Below are positions 38,401-46,731 of a stretch of 64,000 bases of DNA, in pieces. Each line of letters starts with the position of its first letter. Positions within the stretch are counted from its first letter, which is position 1. The position numbers and the translations under genes were made by a program. A model generated the notes under the pieces. The model searched no databases. It was not told the DNA's origin and saw nothing but the letters and a program-made list of their open reading frames with translations. The DNA is from Abditibacterium sp. (GTDB lineage Bacteria > Armatimonadota > Abditibacteriia > Abditibacteriales > Abditibacteriaceae): contig OZ251992.1 in NCBI GenBank assembly GCA_965246885.1, positions 928,001-992,000 of the forward strand, written 5' to 3'.

Positions 38401-40439
38401 TCGTTTACTCGCCCGGATCGGGCAAGTCGGTCACTTACGCTGTCTTCGCTGTACTGGGCGTGCAGTCGGGTAGCCAAACCGTCTCGTTCCTGCCCACTGC
38501 CGCCTTCCCGGTGAAGGTGCCCACCATCGCCATCCTCAACCAGCAGTTGGCGGGCACGGTGTCGTTGCAAACCATCTCGGCGAGCGGCACCACGACGGCC
38601 AACTTCGCCGGAGCGACGGTGGAACTGCTCGACGCCAACGGCAACTCCTTCGCCACGCCGCGCACCACCATCTCCGCGAGCGATGGCTCCTACTTGTTCC
38701 CCGGCATCCCCGCCGGAACCTACAAAGTTCGCGCTTCCGCGAATGGCGACAGCACCACTTCCGACGCTTTCACCACGCCCGGCGGCGCCTTCCAAGGCCC
38801 GACTTTGACGCTGGTGCAAAGTGTGATTTCCGGCACTGTCGTTGACACCGCTTCCAAGCCTGTCGCGGGTGTGACCGTTTCGCTCAGCCAGAACGGGACG
38901 GTCTTGGAAAGCAAGACCACCGGTGCTGACGGCACCTTCGCATTCAGCCCGGTCGGGGCGGGAAGCGGCTATCTCGTGAACGCGGTCAAAACCACGCAAT
39001 CGGGTTCCAAAGCGGTGCCCACTTTTGCGCGCGGAACGGCTCCGGCTTCGGTTGTCATTACGCTCAAGACCACGCCGCTCGGCGCACCCGTCGGCCCGAC
39101 GTTCAGCAAGGGCCAGACCTACGCGATCTCGGTGCCCTTTGCGACTTCGACCAACGCCGCAGCGCGCAACAGCTTCGACCGCTCTGGCGCCGACGCAACA
39201 GTTCCGCTCGCGCAAGCGTTCAACTACGGCCCCACGACCACCAACGCGGCGGGGCAAACGGTGCAACTTTACACCGTCCAGCGCTTCAATCCGAACACCC
39301 TCGTCTACGAGACCATTCCCAACACCGGGAACTTGGTGCGTGGCGAAGGTTACTTGCTCAAAGTCATTGACGTGCCAGCGAGCGGCCAGAAACTGCGCTT
39401 CGCCACGCCCGCCGATGACCCCACCTTGGTCGGGCTGGCTACCACAGGCGCCCCGACGTTCACGGTCAACCTCGTTTACAACGGCAGCACCGTCAACAAC
39501 CCGCTCAATGGCCGCAACTTCATTGGCTTCGGCTTCGACCCGACGCTGTATGACTCCGTCGTATGGGACACCGACAACACCACGACTGACCCCGCCCAAG
39601 CGTCGGTGAACGTTGTGTATAGCGGCAACACCTACACCCTGCGCCAAGCGGTGGCGAGACGGCTGATCTTGTCAACTCTCACCACCCTTGACGGCACGAC
39701 GGGCCGCTCCGTCGCCACCAACCGACTTGTTGGCTTCGGCGGTTACTTCGTTACGGCGCGCACTTCCGGCGTCCAACTGGTCTTCCAAAACCCGCAAAAC
39801 GCGCCCAACACCGGAACCACGACGTTCTTGCCCTACAGCACCTACGTCTTCTCGGTTCCTTTTGCCGCGACCGGAGATGCGACCAGCACGGTTGCCATTA
39901 GCGCGGCGTTCTCACCTTCTGGGGCGAACGACTTCACCATCTACAAGTTCGACGCCGCCAATCAAAAGAACAACCGCGCTTTGGGCAAGGATTTCTTGCC
40001 TGTCACCGGCGCCTTGCAGCGCGGCGTGGGCTATATCCTCAAAACCGGCGCGACGCCGCTCCGTCTCAACACCGACGGCGCCACGCTAAACGCCACGACG
40101 TTCTCGGTTACGCTCGTTCGCAACACGAACTTCAAGGCCCAAACGCGCCAAAGCAACTCGACCAACGGTTACAACTTGATCGCGTTTCCGTTCGATCCGT
40201 TCACCATCGCGCCCGTCCCGTTCTCTTCGGCGCAGGTTCGCATCGGTGGCGGCAATTCCATCAGCCTGACCCAAGCGACGGCGGCGGGCATCCTGTCCGA
40301 CAAACTCTACACCGTTGACGCAAAGGGCGTGTTGACACCTGTCCCGGCAGGCGAACAAGTGCTGCGCCCCTTCCGCGCTTACTTTGTGCAAATCTACCGC
40401 GATAACGTGACCCTCACGTTTTCCGGGACGACCAACTAA
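32460..40439 (+). CDS. 2659-aa secreted/surface protein: PD40/TolB-like and NHL-like propellers, carboxypeptidase-regulatory-like Ig repeats, duplicated C-terminal domain
   Basis: PTWSPDG and PAWAPSG; repeated G.V......PV.GATV.L...T...G.Y.F; PT linker; hydrophobic N-terminal segment. Confidence 0.85.
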   Translation: MQLFSTRSTQGQTPISSPRRAHRGWAQPRFLIGGAALALAGATWAALAAPKLQSKTPAVKTASSVAAASVSPPVTLSQLPALVAHMGAARSLSVATGQSGAVTQSGLASRTSAAAGTGKTGFNLVETDLTPNSPSDEREPVVSPSGDLITFTSTGADSTAKDANPKGRIDSLAPGGFKHIWIMNRDGSSQRQVTGFGADANRNQSHPTWSPDGNQLAYSDQDDDATGGNTILDANGKVTAKGSQLWIVSALDQNPIPSQRTFFHKENGVVATVESPAWAPSGLSIAYVANYDARPTINGIPSTADGARILPTRDIFIIAPDGSANSITRVTGDATNDPVGNQTDDNNPAWATVNTNVLFFSSNRDLAGKLTGAAANGRRIWRILADGTKANQVTDPTQRAQGAPDDVDDYPAPSIQTFFPSYIGQRKPQVDSPEQLAFQSNSYIDASDQADGPRGRDLNIWSVPIDSASFGAPPPEPRVYVGSYTDGKIVGVNVRTSQVSTVVPRIPANTFSFVPHVEDVVVSADGQYVYAADRDNARIDRFYESDGTPAGNPSSGLAFTPATVTNPTGVVEYNGYLYVASGYPNPGASAKPPTATQTLYRFNTFDGTTAGNATGTTPDPTGKTVVNTTGAFSNGETDANGGTVSNGAEGIAITPEGNYIAVAALIDNKINLYDTQTGNYLFDATTNTSLVSGDKTANGGLNLPTGLAWGPDFNGDGFADLYACSSGDNSIKVYAGPNPYARDSFTKARTPFALVGAKGDTRPGTFLGNLVQSNQNGYDNGLNAPERIKIVDIAKHDNSGATPPDTYGTDGIFEVYVSSFSAPGSTTPGDGYQVLRFELDTKKHRAYSWPAGAGVPAASSSSDAAYISLPVNFNDDSQVTLKGAASFSFNRATTTQLNAVTLPPSADETSGAALVLTNILSSPNNFKASLLPSPQTVDRSADREPSFSRNTATRQTLARVVFASGRKYSPTPDATTPINPSGGDQFNTDGSSAVGVTHDIWITSSRDTTPPALVPQGAGNLQYPVVAPQPDAPFFAPRTAEAGLVPNQTPTQSEVNELTATPSSSANTYANHGGLRFAVVMHDVESGLREGAASRAVTVSFYNADKRQFRTTQDNPNEGIAVSRAEEQKAAIVSINGQTSFSLNVYDDGPVSAGGHEQEAGAVAGDGNYYCEGVLPTPPVGDYYIDVSAFDRAGNYFNYDNVWGFSTRRFVRQGTTSDLFVSDYTCGQLFPFELNTNVRSNNMPPVESYYLDNPGGFEIDAKTGNPIVDKNGAPVGVSRTSTFSNVDVWRVLCRGPVTQDVLNAYRPSIVKQIDPTTPYPGATPTPTPGAGPTATPVATPVPGTTPLPFTQLTRNVAVSNAAVIWAAPYAGSTFVGPGTITDPTTQAALTSFLQDGGRLFLSGRSIAWALSSGGALDNNFLNTELAAKFKSEQRLLGNVITASNNGSFLSNEFNAKPPAKFSGDFVNLEFPYHFSGDKAPDSYTDSATTQDPFFYNYVDILTPQTASGVTVTTDYNAPEGVVGQRIVNSKRNNGLESRAVFFGFGFEAINRRYTANGDYPPALDTRFRLGRQILQYFKTSGVSGTVTNTATNLPVPNFLVRVDGPGGPYFARTDARGQYSVTGLSTGRFTASAYLDSKNLTSPQGFFGVVGIFDDIVGGGAAATGLNLAVTPAVPGAVIGRAVSPTGAPLPNLPVLIKSIGQSSIFPNGGQFVRLGFTNASGIFSFANVPAQAEMQVIFNPKGTDIPAGSNVNYDPFKQRLKTVGYRVLPEIGGKRPSPIIVPSGDNFYLNDVDPDTTKNEGPPIVVGTGSSIAGTVSINSAPVAGATVQLLNTDSSGNPTTVTSYPVQTSGTGGVTGAEGRYTFTGIKASAIPTKYAIKVSVPVPTGGTSTFTLSRTAIVTLAQGDDPTQNFDFVLGSLTGNVVTQSDNKPAVGATVSLQNADGSPSLATAKATTDAGGVYTIANVPTGDYTYDATSKSFVYSPGSGKSVTYAVFAVLGVQSGSQTVSFLPTAAFPVKVPTIAILNQQLAGTVSLQTISASGTTTANFAGATVELLDANGNSFATPRTTISASDGSYLFPGIPAGTYKVRASANGDSTTSDAFTTPGGAFQGPTLTLVQSVISGTVVDTASKPVAGVTVSLSQNGTVLESKTTGADGTFAFSPVGAGSGYLVNAVKTTQSGSKAVPTFARGTAPASVVITLKTTPLGAPVGPTFSKGQTYAISVPFATSTNAAARNSFDRSGADATVPLAQAFNYGPTTTNAAGQTVQLYTVQRFNPNTLVYETIPNTGNLVRGEGYLLKVIDVPASGQKLRFATPADDPTLVGLATTGAPTFTVNLVYNGSTVNNPLNGRNFIGFGFDPTLYDSVVWDTDNTTTDPAQASVNVVYSGNTYTLRQAVARRLILSTLTTLDGTTGRSVATNRLVGFGGYFVTARTSGVQLVFQNPQNAPNTGTTTFLPYSTYVFSVPFAATGDATSTVAISAAFSPSGANDFTIYKFDAANQKNNRALGKDFLPVTGALQRGVGYILKTGATPLRLNTDGATLNATTFSVTLVRNTNFKAQTRQSNSTNGYNLIAFPFDPFTIAPVPFSSAQVRIGGGNSISLTQATAAGILSDKLYTVDAKGVLTPVPAGEQVLRPFRAYFVQIYRDNVTLTFSGTTN

Positions 40440-40454
40440 CTGCTTTCCGATTCC

Positions 40455-40486
40455 GAGCCGCCGCGACCTTTCAGTCGCGGCGGTTC
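40455..40486 (+). terminator. Hairpin after the giant surface protein gene
   Basis: GAGCCGCCGCGAC-ctttca-GTCGCGGCGGTTC. Confidence 0.6.
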
Positions 40487-40494
40487 GCATTTGT

Positions 40495-40682
40495 GGGGTG
40501 TCTGGCGCGCGATGACAGACGTGTGTCGCTCGTGGGCGCATGTCTGTCGCTCGTGGGCGCGCGTGTGTCGCTCGTGGGCGCATGTCTGGCACCGCCTGCC
40601 AGACGTCTGCGACTCGTCGGCGGACGTGTGGCACCGCGTCGCGGACGGCGGTGGATGCGTGGCGGAAGACGGCGGGCGCGTA
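40495..40682. repeat. Degenerate 21-bp-period tandem array (about 9 units)
   Basis: GCGCATGTCTGTCGCTCGTGG, GCGCGCGTGTGTCGCTCGTGG and similar. Confidence 0.85.
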
Positions 40683-40746
40683 GGTCACAACTTCCATTGT
40701 ATTCGCGCAAGTCCCGAGTGCACGCGCGTCGTCTGAAAAGGGAGCG

Positions 40747-41295
40747 ATGCGATTTCTGTTGGGGTTGGCGCGCACCCTCGTGGCGCTCTGTTTGGGCGTG
40801 TGGATAGGCGGCCTCGCGTTTTTTGGCGCGATTACGGCGGCGATCATGTTTCCGATGACGCGCCGCGCGGGAGTGCCCGAATTGGCGCCGCTCATGGTCG
40901 GGCCGATGCTGTCGCGCTTCGCCCTCGTTTGCACGGCCTGCTCCCTCTTTATCGTGATGGGCTGGCTACTCGATGGGGCGCTGACCCGGCGCGCGGCGTG
41001 GTGGCGGGCGCAAGGCGCGCTTTCGCTGGCGGCGGTGGCGTTGGGGGCGTATCTGAACTTCGGCTTGCTCCCACAGGTGGAGCGCGACCAAAGCGTGGTC
41101 ATCCCCATCTACGCCGCGTCGCTGCGCCCACACGCGTCGCTGTCTCCCGAACAAAGGCAGATAAAAGCGCGCTTCGACGCGGGGCACGCGCTGTTTGGGC
41201 AGTGGTCGCGCCTCAATTTATGGCTCCTCGTGGGCGCCCTCGCGTGCCTGATGGCGCGCACACTGCCCGACGTCGGCGAGCACCAAAAGGCGTAA
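40747..41295 (+). CDS. DUF4149-like membrane protein
   Basis: W.GG..FF...A..F, four TM helices, C-terminal F...H motif. Confidence 0.7.
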   Translation: MRFLLGLARTLVALCLGVWIGGLAFFGAITAAIMFPMTRRAGVPELAPLMVGPMLSRFALVCTACSLFIVMGWLLDGALTRRAAWWRAQGALSLAAVALGAYLNFGLLPQVERDQSVVIPIYAASLRPHASLSPEQRQIKARFDAGHALFGQWSRLNLWLLVGALACLMARTLPDVGEHQKA

Positions 41296-41334
41296 GGCGA
41301 AGCGCACCCCAAAGGCATTGTTAAAATAAGGGCG

Positions 41335-41934
41335 ATGAGTTCGCCGCTTTCTTCTTTTTCGTCCGCGTCCGCGACGCGCGAAGTGACGCCCGCGCGCTGG
41401 GCCGCCATCCAGCTTCTGGCGTGCGATGTGGATGGCGTCTTGACGGACGGCAGTCTCACGTTCGACTCGCACGGCGAGCTAATCCAGACCTTCTATGTGC
41501 GCGACGGCTTCGGCTTGGTGGCGGCGCGGCGGGCAGGAATTAAGATCGCGTGGATTTCGGGGCGCCCCTCCAAAGTCGCGCAACACCGCTTCGATGAATT
41601 GGGGCTGGACTACTGCCTGCTCGCGTGCGACGACAAGGCGGCGGCTATTGCGGACTTACAAGCGCAGTTGGGCATCGGGCCGGAAGCGTGCTGCTTCATC
41701 GGCGACGATGTGCCCGACTTGGCGGCGTTCACGATGTGCGGTTTGCGCGTGGCCGTCGCCGATGCCGAGCCGGTGGTGGTGTCGCGCGCCGACTACATCA
41801 CGCGGGCGCGCGGTGGGCGCGGCGCGGTGCGCGAAATCATTGATCTGATGCTGTCAGCGCGTGGCTACTGGGACATGATGCTCGACATGTTCGAGAACCC
41901 GCGCGCGCCCAAGCCGGAAGGCTCGCAGAAGTAA
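41335..41934 (+). CDS. kdsC: KdsC-family HAD phosphatase (KDO-8-phosphate phosphatase-like)
   Basis: DVDGVLTDG, F.VRDG.G, ISGR, IGDD..D, GGRGAVRE. Confidence 0.85.
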   Translation: MSSPLSSFSSASATREVTPARWAAIQLLACDVDGVLTDGSLTFDSHGELIQTFYVRDGFGLVAARRAGIKIAWISGRPSKVAQHRFDELGLDYCLLACDDKAAAIADLQAQLGIGPEACCFIGDDVPDLAAFTMCGLRVAVADAEPVVVSRADYITRARGGRGAVREIIDLMLSARGYWDMMLDMFENPRAPKPEGSQK

Positions 41935-42050
41935 CATGCCCTCCCCGCGCCTCCTCGAACTCGGTTTAATCGTTTGGTTCCTCCTCGTGTTCCTCGTGTT
42001 CTTTGGAGGAGCGTCGCTTTTGTTCTCGGTTTAGAAAGAAAGAAGGCCCG

Positions 42051-44006
42051 ATGTTCTATCTCCTCGACGCCGCGCTGTTCCTCGGCTTTTTCGCGCTTCT
42101 GCTTGCTTTCGGTTTGGCGGTCACGTCGCACCATCGCTCGGTGGTCGAGGCGCTCGTGTGGGCGCCTGCCGCGTTTTTAGGGGTGTGGGGAACGCTGTTC
42201 TATCTGGCGGGCCTCGCGGGGGTCTTCCAAGCGGCGCCCTTTTGGATCGGCGCGCTCGCGGTATTGCTGGGCGGATGCGCTTGGAAGCGCGGTGATCTTG
42301 CGATCAACGCGCGGCGGTTGGGCGCGTCGCTGCGCGCGCTCACGCGGGTGGAGCGAGCGTTGTTGACGTATGTTGCCGGAAGCGCGTTGCTGCTTTTCGC
42401 GCTTTGTTTGGTGCCACCCAGTGGCGCGGATTACGACTCGCTCGTCTATCACCTCGCCGTGCCGATGCAGTGGTTGCGCGCGGGGCGAGTGACGGAGCTT
42501 GCCTACGACCATCACTCATATTTCCCGTTTGTGGGGGAGATGCTGTATGCCCTTGCCCTCGGTGTGCGCGGCGCGGTGTTAGCCAAGCTGTTCCATTGGG
42601 CGATGCTGCTGTTTGGGGCGCTGTCGTTGTGCGTTTTGGGGCAGCGCGCGGGAGGCAAGAGCGCGGGCTTGTGGGCGGCGGCGCTGTTCATCTCGCTTCC
42701 AATGACGCAAACCGAGGCGACGAGCGCTTATATAGACCTCACCTTTAGCGCCTTCGCATGGGCAGCGACGGCGCTGTTTTGCGAGGCATTGTGGGGAGAA
42801 TCAGATGCGAACGCGCGCCGTAAAAGTTGGCTCTTGTGCGGCGTCTTTTGCGGGCTGTGCTTGGGCGCGAAGTATTTCGGCTGGCTGGTGCTGGGGTTCT
42901 TGGGAGTTTGGCTGCTGGTCGCTTCGACGCGTGAACTAGTGGGCGAGGAGCCAAAGCAACGCTGGACGCGACTGGCGTGGCTGGGGATGCCCGCTTTGGC
43001 GCTGGGCGGGTTTTGGTATGTGCGCAACGCCCTTTGGACGGGAAATCCGGTCTTTCCTTTCGCGTTTGGCGTGTTCGGTGGGCGCGGCTGGACGCGCGCG
43101 ATGGCGGTCGCGTACGACGCGGATCAGGCCCAGTTCGGGTATGGGAAGACGGCGCTCGACCTGCTGCTTCTGCCGTTCCGCTTGGCGATGGCGCCGCTCC
43201 CGGTTGGGGTGCTGAACGGACAAATGAAAGGGCTTCCGTTTTGGCCGATGGATTCGTCGCCCTTGGCAGACCCGGCGCGGTCGGGCTTATTCGACGTGCG
43301 CCCGGTGGTTTTTGCGGTCTTTCCCGGCCCGGTGCTGCTCGCAACGGGTGTTCCGGCGCTGTTGGCGCGGCGTAAAGGCGCCTTAGTGGGTTTTGTGGCG
43401 TGGTTCCTCGCGTTTTTGTGGGTGTTTTGGGCGCTGACGAGCCAGCAGGTGCGCTACTTGTTCCCCGCGTTGGGACTGATGTGCGCTTTGAGCGGCTGGA
43501 TGTTGGCAGTGCGCCTGCCGCGCTTCCCGCTTGCCAGTCGGGTGGCGGGCGTGTGCCTCGCGCTGTGGCTCTTGTTCTCGCCCCTCACAACGCTCCACCG
43601 CGCGGGGGGAACCTTCCTCGTTTTGACCGGCGCCGAAACGCCCGATGCCTACCTCAACCGCACTTGTCCGGGGTACACTGCGGAGCAGTGGTTGGGAGCG
43701 AATACGCCCGCGCAAAGCCGCTTCGCCGTGTGGGGCGAGCCGCGCGGCTTTTACCTGCCGCGCCCTTACTTTTGGGCGGACGACCCGCACAATAACCTGC
43801 TCGACTACGGCGCCATCACAACGCCTGCTCAACTGACGGGCGCCCTCCAAGCCTTGGGTGCGACGCACGTGTTAGTGAACCGCAACCCCGGACGCAATGG
43901 CGGCGTCTTCGGCCCGCCGGAGCCATTGTTTGACCAAGCGGTCGCGGCGGGGAAACTGCGCTTGCTGTTCGCGGCGCGCGACTTTGAAGTCTACGAACTG
44001 CGTTAG
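42051..44006 (+). CDS. GT-C fold (GT39-like) membrane glycosyltransferase
   Basis: YDSLVYHL, AYID, GAKY, WYVRN...GNPVFP, QVRYLFP. Confidence 0.75.
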   Translation: MFYLLDAALFLGFFALLLAFGLAVTSHHRSVVEALVWAPAAFLGVWGTLFYLAGLAGVFQAAPFWIGALAVLLGGCAWKRGDLAINARRLGASLRALTRVERALLTYVAGSALLLFALCLVPPSGADYDSLVYHLAVPMQWLRAGRVTELAYDHHSYFPFVGEMLYALALGVRGAVLAKLFHWAMLLFGALSLCVLGQRAGGKSAGLWAAALFISLPMTQTEATSAYIDLTFSAFAWAATALFCEALWGESDANARRKSWLLCGVFCGLCLGAKYFGWLVLGFLGVWLLVASTRELVGEEPKQRWTRLAWLGMPALALGGFWYVRNALWTGNPVFPFAFGVFGGRGWTRAMAVAYDADQAQFGYGKTALDLLLLPFRLAMAPLPVGVLNGQMKGLPFWPMDSSPLADPARSGLFDVRPVVFAVFPGPVLLATGVPALLARRKGALVGFVAWFLAFLWVFWALTSQQVRYLFPALGLMCALSGWMLAVRLPRFPLASRVAGVCLALWLLFSPLTTLHRAGGTFLVLTGAETPDAYLNRTCPGYTAEQWLGANTPAQSRFAVWGEPRGFYLPRPYFWADDPHNNLLDYGAITTPAQLTGALQALGATHVLVNRNPGRNGGVFGPPEPLFDQAVAAGKLRLLFAARDFEVYELR

Positions 44007-44884
44007 GACAAATACCCCATCACTTTGTAAATCAGGCGGGCGACGGCAAAAGCGCTGGCGGGGTGGCCGCCGATGAGTTCCACGCAGTCGAAAGCGCGCA
44101 CGCGAACATCGCTCTTTTGACAGAGCGCGCGGAACAGGTCGCGGACTTGGAAGAAGGACAAGCCGCCCGGTTCGGGCGTGCCGGTGTCGGGCACCCAACT
44201 GGGGTCGCCGCCGTCCACGTCGAAGGTGAGATACACATCGCCGCGCACGTCCGCGAGCAGGAGCGGCAGGTTCGCGCGGAAATCCTCCAGAATATCGTCC
44301 GCCCAGAACTGGGTCACGTTGTCGGGCCGGAACTCCCACTCCTCGCTCGACGTGGAGCGCAGGCCGATTTGCACGACGCGCACGTTGCCTATCTCCGAGC
44401 AACGTCGCATCACGCAGCCGTGCCCGAACGGGGTGCCGCCATACTCGAAGCGCAGGTCGGTATGTGCGTCTATTTGGACGACCGTGACGAACTCGCTCCG
44501 CTCCGCGAGGGCGCGCACGCCGCCAAGTGTCAGAGAATGCTCGCCGCCGAGCAGAATGGGAAACTTTCCGGCGTCCAGCACCTCGCCGATGACCTCTTCG
44601 ATGCGCTCCGCCATGTCGCGCGGGCCGCTCATAACCGGTTCGATGTCGGGCGTGGTGTGGATGCCGACTTCGCAGATTTCCCGTTCCAGTTCGCGGTCGA
44701 AGAGTTCCATGTTCATGGAGGCTTCGATGATGGCACCGGCGCCCTCGCGCGTGCCGCCGCGCCATGTCGTCGTGGAATCGTAGGGCGCCGGGAGCACCAC
44801 GAAGCGCGCCGTTTCCCACGCGGACAGATCGCCGTCGAGGGCGGCGAAGTTGTGCGCGGGCCAGAAGTTCTTTGGGTTGAGCAT
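44003..44884 (-). CDS. speB: Agmatinase
   Basis: GGEHS, DAHTD, DVD..DP...TGTPEPGG. Confidence 0.9.
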   Translation of the reverse strand: MLNPKNFWPAHNFAALDGDLSAWETARFVVLPAPYDSTTTWRGGTREGAGAIIEASMNMELFDRELEREICEVGIHTTPDIEPVMSGPRDMAERIEEVIGEVLDAGKFPILLGGEHSLTLGGVRALAERSEFVTVVQIDAHTDLRFEYGGTPFGHGCVMRRCSEIGNVRVVQIGLRSTSSEEWEFRPDNVTQFWADDILEDFRANLPLLLADVRGDVYLTFDVDGGDPSWVPDTGTPEPGGLSFFQVRDLFRALCQKSDVRVRAFDCVELIGGHPASAFAVARLIYKVMGYLS

Positions 44885-44944
44885 GAAAACGGGCGCAGTT
44901 TAAGGCCACCGATGCACACAGAGAACGCGGATATTTTTGGATTC

Positions 44945-45502
44945 TTATCCGTGTTTTTCGTGTTTATCGGTGGCCGCTTGGATGGCCGCGCGCAAGCGGT
45001 CGAGTTGCCACATTCCCTCACGGTTGTCGTGGAAGTGGCCGTTGATAAACAGGGTTGGGGTGCCGTGCGCGCCGCTTGCTTTGGCGTCGGCGATGCCCGC
45101 GTGGATGGCTTCGTCGAAGGCGCCCGACCCGAAGTCGCCCTCGAAGCGGGCGGTGTCGAGGCCCAGTTGCTCGGCGTAGCCCTTCAAAGCCGTTGGGCCA
45201 AGGGCGTTTTGGTTCTCAAAGAGCGCCTCATACATCGGCCAGAACTGCCCCTGCGCGTGCGCGGCATGGGCGGCGCGGGCCGCGAGGAGGGCGTGCGGGT
45301 GAATGTCCGTAAGGGGGAAGGGGCGGAACACGTAAAGCAAGGGGGGGCCTTCTTTTTCCTCGGCTTGGAGTTGGGTGATAGTGCCGACGAGGGCGGCGGA
45401 GTAGGGGCACTCGAAGTCTCCGAAGTGGACGAGTTGGATGGGCGCGGAGAGGTCGCCTTGGTGGAAGTCGGACGAGGAAACGGGCGTGTGAAGCGTGGGC
45501 AT
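44945..45502 (-). CDS. DsbA/thioredoxin-fold protein (CPYS motif)
   Basis: GDFECPYS, FPL..IHP.A, FW.M, GTPT.FING. Confidence 0.88.
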   Translation of the reverse strand: MPTLHTPVSSSDFHQGDLSAPIQLVHFGDFECPYSAALVGTITQLQAEEKEGPPLLYVFRPFPLTDIHPHALLAARAAHAAHAQGQFWPMYEALFENQNALGPTALKGYAEQLGLDTARFEGDFGSGAFDEAIHAGIADAKASGAHGTPTLFINGHFHDNREGMWQLDRLRAAIQAATDKHEKHG

Positions 45503-45556
45503 GGCGCGCGCGAGGTGGGCGAGATAGGGGCCAAGGGGCGCTTAAACTGAGGGGCG

Positions 45557-46711
45557 ATGACCGTTTCCCCTCCGCGTGCGCCCGCCACCGTTAGCACTTC
45601 GCCCGACTTCGTCCGCGCCGAGCGGCGCGGCGGCTTCGATTGGGTGCTCCTCCTCCTCGTGGTGGGATTGTCGGCATGGGGCGTGATGACCATCTACTCC
45701 GCGACACACGGCGAGCGTGGGCATACGGGCGACGCCAACAAGCAGATAGGGTTCATCGTGCTGGGCGTGCTCGTGATGGGCGCACTTGCGCTCAGCCGCT
45801 ACCGCTCGCTTGTCCATGCCCAAGCCGCCATTTATTTTGCCAACCTCGCGCTGCTGACGCTTCTGCTCATTCTGCCGCACAAGCTGGCGCCGACCATTAA
45901 CGGCGCGCGCGCGTGGATTAAGCTGGGGCCGATTTCCCTTCAGCCATCGGAGCTGTCCAAGTTCGCCGTGTTAGTGTGCCTGTCGGCGTTCTGGGCGCGG
46001 CGCCAGAGCGCGGCGCGCGAGTGGAAGACGTTGCTCCTGTCGCTCGCCTATCTGGTGCCGGTGATTGCGCTTATCATGAAGCAGCCGGACTTAGGCACCA
46101 CGATGGCAACGCTTTCCATTTGGCTGGGGGTGGCGTTCTTCGCGGGAGCGCGGGCGAGCCACCTGTTGCTGACGGTCGCCGTTGGTATTGCGCTGTTTTT
46201 GGGCGCGTGGAATGGCGGCATCCTCAAGGCGCACCAGAAGGAGCGGCTGGTGGTGTTCCTCCACCCCGATGCTAACCTGCGCGGCGGTGGCTACCAGCTA
46301 AACCAAGCGCAGATCGCTATTGGCGGCGGGCAGATAACGGGGCAAGGCTACGGCAAGGGGCTGCAAAACCGCGCGCACTACGTCCCCGAAAACCACACCG
46401 ACTTCGTATTTACCGTCGTGGCGGAAGAGTGGGGCTTTGTGGGGGGGGCGCTGCTGTTGCTGTTGTATCTGGCCCTCTTGTGGCGCACCTCTCGCATCGC
46501 GGGCGAGGGCGATTCCTACTTCGGCACGCTGCTTTGCGGCGGTTTCTCGGCGCTTCTGGCGTTCCACTGCCTCATCAACATCGGCATGACGATGCGTCTG
46601 CTACCCGTGACGGGGGTGCCTCTGCCGTTCTTTTCCTACGGAGGGTCGAACTTTCTGTCCTTCTCGCTTGGTATCGGCGCGTGCCTGAGCGTGAGCGCGC
46701 GGCGCCGCTAA
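45557..46711 (+). CDS. rodA: Rod shape-determining SEDS protein RodA
   Basis: GARAWI, QPSE, QPDLGT, GYQ..QA.IAIG.G, PENHTDF, PVTGVPLPFFSYGGS. Confidence 0.9.
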   Translation: MTVSPPRAPATVSTSPDFVRAERRGGFDWVLLLLVVGLSAWGVMTIYSATHGERGHTGDANKQIGFIVLGVLVMGALALSRYRSLVHAQAAIYFANLALLTLLLILPHKLAPTINGARAWIKLGPISLQPSELSKFAVLVCLSAFWARRQSAAREWKTLLLSLAYLVPVIALIMKQPDLGTTMATLSIWLGVAFFAGARASHLLLTVAVGIALFLGAWNGGILKAHQKERLVVFLHPDANLRGGGYQLNQAQIAIGGGQITGQGYGKGLQNRAHYVPENHTDFVFTVVAEEWGFVGGALLLLLYLALLWRTSRIAGEGDSYFGTLLCGGFSALLAFHCLINIGMTMRLLPVTGVPLPFFSYGGSNFLSFSLGIGACLSVSARRR

Positions 46712-46731
46712 CCCTGTGCCTCCGGCACAGT

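Noticed and set aside
44063..45550. Long antisense ORFs (e.g. 44063-45550, 55778-57085, 4576-5751, 38217-39647)
   Set aside because: They are shadow ORFs opposite well-supported genes, as expected in GC-rich DNA, and carry no recognisable motifs.
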